Of a stretch of DNA of 64,000 nucleotides, positions 25,174 to 34,934 are shown in pieces (within the stretch, counting starts at the first letter, position 1; each line of letters begins with the position of its first letter). The position numbers and the translations under genes are program-made. This DNA is from Promethearchaeota archaeon (GTDB lineage Archaea; Asgardarchaeota; Hermodarchaeia; Hermodarchaeales; Hermodarchaeaceae). The DNA is taken from the NCBI GenBank assembly GCA_048938385.1, contig JBHLMG010000003.1:1-64000 (forward strand), in the 5' to 3' direction. The notes under the pieces are model-generated. The model saw only the letters and a program-made list of their open reading frames with translations. It did not search any database and was not told the origin of the DNA.

Positions 25174-27816
25174 ATGATGGATGGGTTAAGTCAAAAAGAA
25201 ATAGGAGCAAAGGTGTATACTAATCAGAACCCCTCGGAAGAACCCAATTTGACAGCAAAGTTCCCAAAGGACTTCTCCAAAATAGAAGAATTACTTTCAA
25301 AGGGGCAATACCAAGAGGTGCTACAACGAATTGAGGTTGTGTTGCAGAAAGCCCGTAAAAATGAAAACCTCTTATTTGAATTTGATGCCCTGATCTTGAA
25401 GGCAGAGGCTAATTGGCGTCTAGGCAGACACGAAGAAGGGTACCGCTTTTTGATAGAAGGAGAGGGAGTTCTTGCACAAATTGAAACCCAGAAATTAGTG
25501 GATAGTACAGAAATCCAGCGAAGAAAAGCAAGATTAAGGCATCATGAGGGTATTTTCTACTGGTTTAGAGGTGATCTCGAAAAAGCCATAGATTCGCATC
25601 AACAGAGCTTAAGAATCAAAACAGAACTCGGTGACCGACGGGGCATGGCAAGGTCATTCAACAATCTTGGTCTCGTATATTGGTCAAAGGGTGATCTTCG
25701 CCAATCGCTAAACTATTACCAACAGAGCCTTGTTATCAATGAAGAGCTTGGCGACAAACGCGATATTGCGGTTACGCTCACAAACATGGGGAACGCGTAC
25801 ACCCGGTTAGGTGATCTCGAAAAGGCTCTGGAGCTTCAAAATCGGAGTTTAACCATCAGAGAAGAATTGGGAAACAAACATGATATTGCATTATCGATCA
25901 TCAACTTGGGTGCCGTTTTCCAATTAAAGGGGGATCTCAACCAAGCGTTAGAGTGTTATCAACGAGGCTTAGTTCTCTTTGAGGATTTGGGTATCAAACG
26001 CGATATTGCCTTGGCTCTGAACAATCTTGGAAATATTTTCGAATGGAAAGGCGATCTCGATCGAGCGCTAGACTATTTTCAACGGAGTTTAGATGTATAT
26101 GAGGAATTGGGCTACACAGAAAACATCGCCCTATTACTCTCTAACATAGGTGAGGTTCATCGAAAGAAAGGAAATCCTGAAACAGCACAAGAGTACTATC
26201 AACAGGGTTTGACGATATTCTCTGCGATGGAAAACGACCCTTTAATGGCGGTTATTCTTTTAGAACTCATCTGGGTTGGTATGGAAAAAGAAGATTCAAG
26301 TCTTATTGAAGAATCACTCGATAGGCTGAAACAAATCAATGAACGAAATGATAATCCAGTCATCGATCAACACTACCGTATTGCTACCGCCCTCGTCCTC
26401 AAACAGAGTAATCGGGTCCGTGAGAAAATGCAAGCGGAAACCATTCTCCAAGAAGTGGTCAACGAAGCAGTAGTCAACCATTCACTGACAGTCACAGCGA
26501 TGATCCATCTTTGCGACCTGCTCATCTCAGAATTGAAGATGACTGGAGAAGAAGAGTTGTTTGGAGAAATCAAAAACCTGACGGAACAGTTACTCAATAT
26601 TGCTGAACAACAAGCATCTCAGTTCCTACTCACAGAAATTTATCTCCTTCAATCTAAACTAGCCTTAATAGAACTTGATATGGGACAGGCAAAGAAATTA
26701 CTTGCAAAAGCATTGCAAATCGCCAATGAAAAGGGTTTAGACGGCATCGCCCGTACTGTGAATCAAGAATATGAACTGCTTCAGTCACAAGTGCAAAAGT
26801 GGGAACTAATCATCCAACAAAATCCTTCCAAGCAAGAAATGATTGATCAAACCAAACTTGATGATCTGCTCGGAAAAATGATTCAAGAGACCGTCACTGC
26901 CCTCATGGAAGAACGGGGGATTTCAGGGGCATTACCCAAGAAGAAATACAACCTGGAATATCATGACTTCCTCAAAGATAGCTCAAAAACCGTTAAACAC
27001 CATTTCCGTGTGGGCATAGCTCAAATTGGACTATCTCAGAATGGTGACATTCTTAATGAATTGTATCAAGAGCAGGCACCAGGACTCTTTGGATTACAAG
27101 GCGACAAAGTAGGTGTGGTAAAGGAAACTCTTAGAAACATGGTCGAGCAAGCCAGCTCCGAGAAGGTTAACATCCTTATTCTCCCAGAACTCACTGTTGA
27201 CTTGAATTATCCCGCATTACAGGCTGAAGTGTTAAACTTAGCTAAAAGCTATAACATGTATTTGATTCCAGGCTCTTATCACGATTCAAAAACTAAACAA
27301 AATTGGAGTATAGTGGTTTCTCCTGAAGGAATACTCTGGAAACAAGAGAAACACATACCAGCGATAATCCACTTTGAAAATAAAAGAATAACCGAAGGTA
27401 TTGACACAAGTTCGACACCTCGAACCATCATAGTCGGTAACACTGAATATGGACGAATCGCCATTGTCCTCTGCCGAGACTTCCTGGACATGGATTTACG
27501 CGTCGACTTGAAAAACTTCGACCCTCCCATAGACCTAATCATCAACCCTGCGTTTACTCCTGTAACCGCGGATTTCAAGGCTGCCCACTTTGATGCTCGT
27601 CGATCAATTTACGCGTACTGCTTTTTTGCTAATGTTGCCGAATTCGGTGATTCTCTAATCTACACCCCTGAAAAAGACCGGACCGAAAGAACAATCCCAC
27701 CGAGGGAAGAAAACCTAATTTACAAAGATATAGATCTGTTTCAACTTCGTTCAGAACGCAAAAAATGGGATCTCGAACAGAAGAAAAAACACGGATTCAT
27801 TCAAAGTACTCGTTAG
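25174..27816 (+). CDS. TPR-repeat protein fused to a C-terminal carbon-nitrogen hydrolase (nitrilase) domain
   Basis: About six 40-aa TPR units (NNLG..Y..KGDL..AL.YYQ.SL.I.EELG); ILPEL, QEKHIPA and VLCRDF give the E-K-C triad. Confidence 0.85.
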   Translation: MMDGLSQKEIGAKVYTNQNPSEEPNLTAKFPKDFSKIEELLSKGQYQEVLQRIEVVLQKARKNENLLFEFDALILKAEANWRLGRHEEGYRFLIEGEGVLAQIETQKLVDSTEIQRRKARLRHHEGIFYWFRGDLEKAIDSHQQSLRIKTELGDRRGMARSFNNLGLVYWSKGDLRQSLNYYQQSLVINEELGDKRDIAVTLTNMGNAYTRLGDLEKALELQNRSLTIREELGNKHDIALSIINLGAVFQLKGDLNQALECYQRGLVLFEDLGIKRDIALALNNLGNIFEWKGDLDRALDYFQRSLDVYEELGYTENIALLLSNIGEVHRKKGNPETAQEYYQQGLTIFSAMENDPLMAVILLELIWVGMEKEDSSLIEESLDRLKQINERNDNPVIDQHYRIATALVLKQSNRVREKMQAETILQEVVNEAVVNHSLTVTAMIHLCDLLISELKMTGEEELFGEIKNLTEQLLNIAEQQASQFLLTEIYLLQSKLALIELDMGQAKKLLAKALQIANEKGLDGIARTVNQEYELLQSQVQKWELIIQQNPSKQEMIDQTKLDDLLGKMIQETVTALMEERGISGALPKKKYNLEYHDFLKDSSKTVKHHFRVGIAQIGLSQNGDILNELYQEQAPGLFGLQGDKVGVVKETLRNMVEQASSEKVNILILPELTVDLNYPALQAEVLNLAKSYNMYLIPGSYHDSKTKQNWSIVVSPEGILWKQEKHIPAIIHFENKRITEGIDTSSTPRTIIVGNTEYGRIAIVLCRDFLDMDLRVDLKNFDPPIDLIINPAFTPVTADFKAAHFDARRSIYAYCFFANVAEFGDSLIYTPEKDRTERTIPPREENLIYKDIDLFQLRSERKKWDLEQKKKHGFIQSTR

Positions 27817-27834
27817 TTCAAAGTTGAATGTATC

Positions 27835-28296
27835 GTGATACGAGGTTTTTTAGGGGGAGACATCACTGAGTCCAACTCCATTCAAGCTCTGAGGCGAATG
27901 TTCTTGGGATTTGATATTCCTTTTGACCGCGTGAAAGCTGCATTACAGGAGCATCTAGTAATTAGTGCAGACGCAGCAGCTCGCACCATAAAATTAGAGT
28001 TTAAGGGCACAGTCTATGAGGACATGCCCTTCATGGATATGCTCGATGACGAAGAAGGCTTGAAGCGGATGGCTCGTAACTTTATAGGTGAGGAAATCGC
28101 CTACACCACTGAACCACTCCCTGATGGCCAAGGCGTCCTCTTACATTTTGAAACTGATAGGGCATATCAGAAAATGTACGAGTTTCTTGATGGCCTAGTC
28201 AATGGTAACCTCCTCAAAGAGCTCATCGAGAAAGTCGTGAAATCAATGTTTTCTGCTATAAACGATGACCGTTCTGAATTTGACAATACCACCTAA
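27835..28296 (+). CDS. Hypothetical protein
   Basis: Acidic globular-looking ORF; no family recognised. Confidence 0.65.
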   Translation: MIRGFLGGDITESNSIQALRRMFLGFDIPFDRVKAALQEHLVISADAAARTIKLEFKGTVYEDMPFMDMLDDEEGLKRMARNFIGEEIAYTTEPLPDGQGVLLHFETDRAYQKMYEFLDGLVNGNLLKELIEKVVKSMFSAINDDRSEFDNTT

Positions 28297-28420
28297 AACG
28301 CAAAGAGAAGTGGTTATTTACACAATTGAATCTGAGAATCCTTCACGGATAATGATTCGCCTAAACATGATACACGGTGAACAAGAAGTTCTGAAAATCT
28401 CCGCAGAGGCTAATGGCTAG

Positions 28421-29791
28421 ATGATTCGTAACATACCCGAGCTGATCAAAGGGTCTGCCCCCACACAACATGCCAGACGAATTGTTTTGCATCTTCTCAA
28501 TGAGGCCCTAAATGCTGTTAATCCACGAACACTCACTGAGCATGCTCTCCGCTTCGATAACAGCATGATAACCTTTGGAAACCAACAACTACACTTGGAT
28601 GAAATCAATGGAGTGTTTGTAATCGGTGCAGGAAAAGCCACTGGTCGAATGGCTGAAGCTATCGAAACGCTTCTCAATGATCACATTATTGGTGGCCTCA
28701 TCATTGTGCCTGAAACCACAGTCAACGATTACTCTCTAGACCTCATACAAATTCGGGGAGGTGGACATCCAGTTCCCACTGAAGCCAGTATTACAGCTAC
28801 ACAACAACTCATCGACATGGTCACCCACACCCCTCCTGATACTCTGATACTCAGTTTATTCTCTGGTGGCGGTTCTGCCCTCCTCACATTGCCCTCTCCG
28901 CCCATTACTTTAGAAGAACTGCAGCAAACAACCGAACTCTTGCTTCGCTCAGGTATGCCCATTGCTGAGATCAACACAATCCGCAAACACCTCTCTCAAG
29001 TCAAAGGCGGCCAACTCTTCCGTCACATCCACCCCCGTCATCATTGGGGCTTACTCCTCTCTGATGTCCCAGATGATCAACTTGACATGATTGCCAGTGG
29101 TCCAACGCTCCCAGACTCCACCACCTTCTCTGATGTTGCCACTCTATTTGACACCTACCAGCTCTGGAACCAAGTACCTGGTTCTGTTCAAGACCATCTC
29201 ACCACTGGGGTTCAAGGAAGGGCAGCAGACACACCTAAACCAAATGATCCCCTCTTCATTCAGTCATTTCATCAGCTCATTGGAACAAATCATGATGCAT
29301 GCCAAGCTGCACTAGCACACGCTCAGCATCAGGGGTTCAAAACACGCATTCTCACCACAAACTGTCAGGGTGAGGCCCGAGAAGTTGGTGCCCAACTTGG
29401 ACGGCTCGCCCAACAACTGACCTTACAGGAACAAGCGCAAATCGTAATCATTGGTTCGGAAACCACAGTGACAATCCAGCAAGAAGGTAAAGGTGGTCGC
29501 AACACCGAACTGGTTGCGGCCGCATTGCCCTACATGCATGGAACGAAGGGACTTGTACTCGCAAGCCTGGCCACTGATGGGCTTGACGGACCTACTGACG
29601 CCGCCGGTGCCATCGCTGATGGCGAATCCCATCAACGCGCACATGTCTTGAACCTATCCCCTACCCTCCACCTCGAATCCAACACAACTTATCACCTCTT
29701 TCACAATCTCGGAGACCTTTTAATCACTGGACCTACGCACACAAATGTTCGCGATATCACTCTCATCCTCTGGATGGGAACAGGTCAATAA
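28421..29791 (+). CDS. Glycerate 2-kinase (MOFRL/TtuD family)
   Basis: IGAGKA, GHPVP, SGGGSAL, RKHLSQVKGG, LSDV, IASGPT, GGRNTE, TDGLDG, TGPTHTNVRD. Confidence 0.93.
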   Translation: MIRNIPELIKGSAPTQHARRIVLHLLNEALNAVNPRTLTEHALRFDNSMITFGNQQLHLDEINGVFVIGAGKATGRMAEAIETLLNDHIIGGLIIVPETTVNDYSLDLIQIRGGGHPVPTEASITATQQLIDMVTHTPPDTLILSLFSGGGSALLTLPSPPITLEELQQTTELLLRSGMPIAEINTIRKHLSQVKGGQLFRHIHPRHHWGLLLSDVPDDQLDMIASGPTLPDSTTFSDVATLFDTYQLWNQVPGSVQDHLTTGVQGRAADTPKPNDPLFIQSFHQLIGTNHDACQAALAHAQHQGFKTRILTTNCQGEAREVGAQLGRLAQQLTLQEQAQIVIIGSETTVTIQQEGKGGRNTELVAAALPYMHGTKGLVLASLATDGLDGPTDAAGAIADGESHQRAHVLNLSPTLHLESNTTYHLFHNLGDLLITGPTHTNVRDITLILWMGTGQ

Positions 29792-29863
29792 TCTGCAGAT
29801 CTACAGAATTCTTTTTTCCATCTCGGCAAAGGCTTTTGTAGAGCTATTCTGAAAGCACCACTC

Positions 29864-30328
29864 ATGCCAAGAGAATCTTCTGGTCCGATGCTTCAGACAC
29901 TAAAATGCTCTGAATGCGGTGCAAAAATTACCCCTGATGCCTTACAACCTGGAAGTCCACTCATCTGTGAATACTGTGGTGCTATCAATATCCGACAAAC
30001 ACCGCAACTTCTGCAACCAACCGCTCGCCGCTTTGGACGACGCCCAGGAATGGCTACTCGACGAGGACTAATGCGTGCCCCAATTCTCTACATTGCTCGA
30101 TTGCTCTCAGATAAAGGTGCTATAGATGCCAAAACCCTACGAGAATATACAAAACGCAACATCGACCGCCGTATGCGGCCAGTCGATGCTCTTCGTCAGG
30201 CTCTCCGCCAAATGCGAGACGAAGGAAAACTCAACCGGGATAAAATTCTACATACCGTAGATGAGCTTATTGCTGATAAGAAACTTCCCCCCAGAGTCCG
30301 CGATAACTTTGCACGGCTTCTCCAATAA
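29864..30328 (+). CDS. Zinc-ribbon protein with basic helical C-domain
   Basis: CSECG...CEYCG; Arg-rich. Confidence 0.7.
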   Translation: MPRESSGPMLQTLKCSECGAKITPDALQPGSPLICEYCGAINIRQTPQLLQPTARRFGRRPGMATRRGLMRAPILYIARLLSDKGAIDAKTLREYTKRNIDRRMRPVDALRQALRQMRDEGKLNRDKILHTVDELIADKKLPPRVRDNFARLLQ

Positions 30329-30419
30329 CTCTACTATTCATTTTTTGGCTCCTCAAACATTTTTGCCCTAGGAATGGCAAAGAGTTCTCAACAAACAAGA
30401 AATGGAGCATTGGGGGCCA

Positions 30420-30560
30420 TGGCGGATTAGGCACCTCCGAAAAAGGACATATTGTCCTATTAGGACACAATTGGAGGGGAGAGGGAATGGTTTTCTAGGG
30501 GGGAGGGAAGTGCCAAGATCTTTCGCCAAACCCAATGTTCCCACATTAAGCGCTGAGTTG
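30420..30560. repeat. Dispersed intergenic repeat, copy A
   Basis: Shares TGGCGGATT.G.CACCTC and the 28-nt identical block GGAGAGGGAATGGTTTTCTAGGGGGGAG (from 30478) with 62341-62460. Confidence 0.85.
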
Positions 30561-30687
30561 TGTTATTTAAAGAATTCCGTTGAGTTCTACTTTAAAAAGC
30601 GTCAAACAATCAGAAAATGTTAAGGAGCTGAGTATCCCCCTAGATCAGGGAGGGTTGGTTTTTTGATGCTTTCATGACACAGAAGCG

Positions 30688-32154
30688 CTATTCCAGGTCA
30701 AGAGCCTTCGGAATTGGGAGCATCGAATGGCGCTGATAGTAATCGTAGATGATTCTGAGAATTCCTGCCGCTTCAGCAATGTTCGAAAATACAGGGAGAT
30801 TCCCATTCCGAAATTGTTCACGGGTTGCTAAATTTTCATGTGGGTAGCCAATGGCAGGAACCGCGACAAAAAAGGGTTTGTGCAGGTTCTTCACACAATA
30901 GGTTCCTGCCTCGATCATCATGTCCCAGTAGGTTGTCGCCATCTCTTGCATATCCATGTGCTTGGCCATGAAGTTTACATAGTGAGGCGCAGCTTCGACT
31001 ATGATCGCATCAATGTTCTTATCCTCAGCGACATGACGGATGGTTTGGACAGTAATGTCGGGGTAAAAATAACTGGAAGCCATGTCTACCGGGTTCGTGA
31101 TGTTCGTGCCCACCTTGTTGACGATTTTGCTCAAGGCATTAATAGTGTCGGAAGTTAGCTTGGGAATTTCGAATCCATATTCAGCTAAGGAATCAGTACC
31201 TGCCACGCCTGCACCACCGCTGATGGCAATCAGAGCCACCCGTTTCCCAGGCGGTGGTGGGCAGCGCATGAAGGTCACTATTGTGTTGATGAGCACTTCA
31301 AAGCTATCGACGGAGACGGCACCGATTTGTCGGAGAAGCGCATGCCAGATATCTGTAGAGCCTGTTAGGGCTGCACTATGACTAGAAACTGCTCTCTGCC
31401 CCGCTGGAGTGATACCCGATTTCCATACGATGATGGGTTTATCAGGAGCACACTTGGCAATGGCGTCGCGTAAGCGTGGTCCATCTCGCACCCCTTCAAT
31501 GTATATACCAATAACTTGGGTAGTGGGGTCTTGGTGGAGATACTCAACCAGTTCCCAACTACTGATGTCTCCCTCGTTGCCGTAACTGAACACTTTACTC
31601 ACACCAAGTTTGGTTTCTGTCACAGCTAAGTAGCAGTCGATGGCTTTACCCCCGGATTGGGAGATAAATCCTATTGGTCCAGGGTTTGGTTTGAGGTCTG
31701 GACGGAAGGAAAAGCCAGTCTCAGGGCAAGCTAGACCAATACAATTGGGACCAAAGGCTCGCATTGGACTTGCTCGAATTTTCGCCATAATTTCTTGTTC
31801 CCGTTGGCGGCCTTCCTCTGTGCCTAGCTCTGAAAAACCGCTGGTGAAAATCGTGATGGCTTTCACATTCTTGGCAATGCATTCGTCAATGACTTGTGAC
31901 ACTATCTGAGCAGGAACACGGATTACTGCATAGTCTAAAGGATCAGGAACCTCGCTTAGAGATTTATAGAACTTCAAACCGACCGCTTCGTCGATTTTCG
32001 GGTTCACGGGGTAGATTTTTCCTGGGAACCCATAGTTCAGGAATGACTTCAACCAGTAGAACCCTGCTTTTGGACTGGTGCCGATCAAGGCTACAGATTT
32101 TGAATGGATGAATTCGTCGAATTGCTTGAAAGTCTTGGCATCCATGGAGATCAC
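30688..32154 (-). CDS. ADP-forming acyl-CoA synthetase, alpha subunit
   Basis: YPVNP, SGFSE, GPNCIG, ISQSGG, GNEGD, YIEG, phospho-His SSHSAALTG, SGGAG, NPVD. Confidence 0.92.
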   Translation of the reverse strand: MISMDAKTFKQFDEFIHSKSVALIGTSPKAGFYWLKSFLNYGFPGKIYPVNPKIDEAVGLKFYKSLSEVPDPLDYAVIRVPAQIVSQVIDECIAKNVKAITIFTSGFSELGTEEGRQREQEIMAKIRASPMRAFGPNCIGLACPETGFSFRPDLKPNPGPIGFISQSGGKAIDCYLAVTETKLGVSKVFSYGNEGDISSWELVEYLHQDPTTQVIGIYIEGVRDGPRLRDAIAKCAPDKPIIVWKSGITPAGQRAVSSHSAALTGSTDIWHALLRQIGAVSVDSFEVLINTIVTFMRCPPPPGKRVALIAISGGAGVAGTDSLAEYGFEIPKLTSDTINALSKIVNKVGTNITNPVDMASSYFYPDITVQTIRHVAEDKNIDAIIVEAAPHYVNFMAKHMDMQEMATTYWDMMIEAGTYCVKNLHKPFFVAVPAIGYPHENLATREQFRNGNLPVFSNIAEAAGILRIIYDYYQRHSMLPIPKALDLE

Positions 32155-32277
32155 TGCTAAGTCTCGGTGTTGTCTAAAATGAAGGCTAGGGGTTTCTCCT
32201 ATTTTACGATTCGGTCGTTCCGACTTCCAAAGCGATGTCTTACCTTGATCGATGTTTCCTTCTGATATCGATTCGCC

Positions 32278-32772
32278 TTAATCAGCTTTGAAGTATTGGG
32301 GAAGGGCTCGTGTGATTGCTTGCATAACGCCAACTCCAATGGCACAGATAATGGCGGTACTGGTCATGACCGTAATGACCCATAGGTAAAATGGTTGGAA
32401 GAAAAATACAGCCATCATAGCGGGAATACCTAATCCGATGGTCAAGGTTGGATACAACCAAGCGAGAAACCAGTGGGGACAGGTTTTCCGATTCGAAACT
32501 AATAACCCCGCCAACAAGTTCAATAGACTGCCGAATATAATGTCGATTGGACCAAAAAAGCTCAGCCAGTTGGCCAGTGCTCCACCAATGAAGAGAGCTA
32601 TGGCCATAGGCCAGCCAAAGATGAATGGGAAGGGTAGTAACATATCAGAGATTCGAAACTGAAAAAGGCCGTAGGCTATTGGTTGAATTAACCAGGTCAA
32701 GACTGTATAAACAGCGGCCATTATCGCCATTAATGCAATTTGTTGGACGAAATTTAGTTTAGCTTGTTGCAT
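32278..32772 (-). CDS. queT: QueT-family queuosine-precursor transporter
   Basis: IMAAVYTVLT..PIAYGLFQFRISD, ALANWLSFFGPIDIIFGSL; ATG after GGTGA. Confidence 0.85.
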   Translation of the reverse strand: MQQAKLNFVQQIALMAIMAAVYTVLTWLIQPIAYGLFQFRISDMLLPFPFIFGWPMAIALFIGGALANWLSFFGPIDIIFGSLLNLLAGLLVSNRKTCPHWFLAWLYPTLTIGLGIPAMMAVFFFQPFYLWVITVMTSTAIICAIGVGVMQAITRALPQYFKAD

Positions 32773-32790
32773 GTGAAATTCACCTAGCAC

Positions 32791-32842
32791 CCGGGATTTC
32801 TTTGTATGAGCGGAGCACGGTGCGAGGAACCCACCCGCTCAA
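32791..32842 (-). promoter_or_regulatory. Structured 5' leader of queT (candidate preQ1-type riboswitch)
   Basis: UGAGCGG/CCGCUCA 7-bp stem enclosing GGUUC, followed by A-rich AUACAAAGAAA; lies between a TTATAA box and the RBS. Confidence 0.35.
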
Positions 32843-32997
32843 TCATCGGCAAGAGTTCTAACCTTATAACTCCTTTGCCAAGCAACCAGCATCCATAAAA
32901 AGGAGGAGCACCAGTTCATCGCCTCCTCCTATCTGTCGCTTCAAACAACCTTCTAGATAGAAAAGGAATAAGCTGCGGAGTTAATGCATAGCAACGG

Positions 32998-34926
32998 TTG
33001 GGTGGTTCCTTGCCTGTTCACATCGAAGATGACCTGTTTTTTGATGAAAAAAATATCATCCGCAATCCTGATGACCAATGGTTCGCAGAACACCTCAAAC
33101 CATACTATGTGCAGACCATCGATGGACAATACCTCTTTGGTAACACACAAGCAGGCCGCCGACCCGATCGTGCCTTCTATCTCATTCCTGAAGGGTATAA
33201 ACTCGGAAAAGATCAACCCAGCTTTGATCGAGAAATTGGACTAAAGCTATACGATGTGGTCCTTCAGTACATAAAGACGGCAAAAGTGATTGTTCAAGAT
33301 GGCATTCAAGGAGAGGGTGGTTATAAAACAGGACTCCGTGTTATTCTTAGTGTAAAAAACCTACATACCGCCTACATCACTTGGTTCGGTCGCCTCATGG
33401 TCTACCCACCTGAAGAGAACATGCAGATCCACTGTTGGAACTACATCGTCCAAGAACGCCTCCCTGACGAGGTGATTCGAGAGATTCACTCTTTTTGGCC
33501 TGACTTTAATCCTGACGAACCCCTTACCCTTTATGATCTAACCCGGATGGAACAGGACCATCGTCGAGTCATGAGCTTGAGGGTGGATTATTTTGGTGGG
33601 GCGTTCAAGAAACCCAACCTTACGATGGTTTGGAATCGGGGTGAAGCCGATGGGTGTATTTCCTATCATGCTGGTTGTACAAATAGTCGTGTGCTTAAAG
33701 GTCTCTCCGGCACTGGAAAAACCACGCTTACTGTTGGACCGCAACTTGAACAAGATGACGCTATTCTTGGATTACTCAAATACAATGCTACATCCAGGGT
33801 AACCGAGGTTGAATTGATTGGACTTGAAGCTGCTTCCTATGCAAAAAGTGAAGGGCTCGTCCCCAATAGCCCTGAATGGCCCGGGCTTATGAAATCGAAA
33901 ACAATTCAACCTGATGGATCTCGACCAGTAGTTCTCGCCCAAAACATCGACTGCGAGGGCATTGAATATCGGATGGAGGAGATTGCAGGATACTCTGTGA
34001 AAGTACCCCGGCCACTCGCTGGTCAAAAAGTAGGACATCTCCAACCTACAAGGTATGAACAATCGGGAACTACCAATGGGCGCTTTGTCTTCCGATTTTA
34101 TGATTTGAATCCTGATTGGACACCCGGTTCACCCAAAAAGCTACTTACTGAAATGCTTTCATTTCGACGATTCGATATCTTTCCCCTAGTTGTTCGCATC
34201 ACCGATCCTAACATGGCTGTAGCCCTTGATTCCGCCTGTGAATCCGTAATCACCTCTGCCATTGGTGGTAAAATTCCGGGAACCCGTGTCCGTTCCTATG
34301 CTGCAACGGATTTCATGGCCCGAGAACAAAGCCATCAGGCCATTTTAAAGTCTCAAATGTACAGAGATATGGATTTAGGGCTCAAGGGAAAACTTGTCTT
34401 CGCTATCGTCAATTCCGGATATATAGGTGAATATGACATTTCCGGAAACCAACACCGCCTTCTCGACGAAAAAGGACAACCTGTACCCAAAATCGACGAG
34501 GCAACAGGCAAACCTTACCTCAACGCTCAAGGAAAACCAGTTTACCAAGGACTTGGTGAAAAAATCAAAGTGAGCGATACGAAACTCCTTGTCCATCTCA
34601 CAGAGAACCGATTAATTAACACCTGGCTTCCACATCCAGTGTTTGGTGATGCCTACCTCATTCCCGACCCTATTGAACTAGAAGAGACACATGGACTAAT
34701 TAATTACCGAAAACGCTTCAATCCGCTGCGCTTCTACACTGCAGAAGACTACCTAGCGTTCTGCCAACGCGATATCCATGAACGCACTATCTATCTAAAA
34801 AATCTCTTCTCGGGACAATCAGACGCAGACAAACTTGAACCCATCATCAATACCTGGGCACAGATTGAGCTGCCCTCACCAAAGAAAATTAAAATTTTCT
34901 ACGATGACCACTTTGGCAAGATTTAA
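32998..34926 (+). CDS. pckA: Divergent ATP-dependent phosphoenolpyruvate carboxykinase
   Basis: YFGGAFKK, SYHAGC, GLSGTGKTTLT, QDD, EAASYAK, TNGR, VNSGY. Confidence 0.75.
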   Translation: MGGSLPVHIEDDLFFDEKNIIRNPDDQWFAEHLKPYYVQTIDGQYLFGNTQAGRRPDRAFYLIPEGYKLGKDQPSFDREIGLKLYDVVLQYIKTAKVIVQDGIQGEGGYKTGLRVILSVKNLHTAYITWFGRLMVYPPEENMQIHCWNYIVQERLPDEVIREIHSFWPDFNPDEPLTLYDLTRMEQDHRRVMSLRVDYFGGAFKKPNLTMVWNRGEADGCISYHAGCTNSRVLKGLSGTGKTTLTVGPQLEQDDAILGLLKYNATSRVTEVELIGLEAASYAKSEGLVPNSPEWPGLMKSKTIQPDGSRPVVLAQNIDCEGIEYRMEEIAGYSVKVPRPLAGQKVGHLQPTRYEQSGTTNGRFVFRFYDLNPDWTPGSPKKLLTEMLSFRRFDIFPLVVRITDPNMAVALDSACESVITSAIGGKIPGTRVRSYAATDFMAREQSHQAILKSQMYRDMDLGLKGKLVFAIVNSGYIGEYDISGNQHRLLDEKGQPVPKIDEATGKPYLNAQGKPVYQGLGEKIKVSDTKLLVHLTENRLINTWLPHPVFGDAYLIPDPIELEETHGLINYRKRFNPLRFYTAEDYLAFCQRDIHERTIYLKNLFSGQSDADKLEPIINTWAQIELPSPKKIKIFYDDHFGKI

Positions 34927-34934
34927 CAAGGAAC

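Noticed and set aside
30478-30505. ORB replication-origin element (G-string)
   Set aside because: Lacks the TTCCA..GGAA ORB core, and no cdc6/orc1 is adjacent
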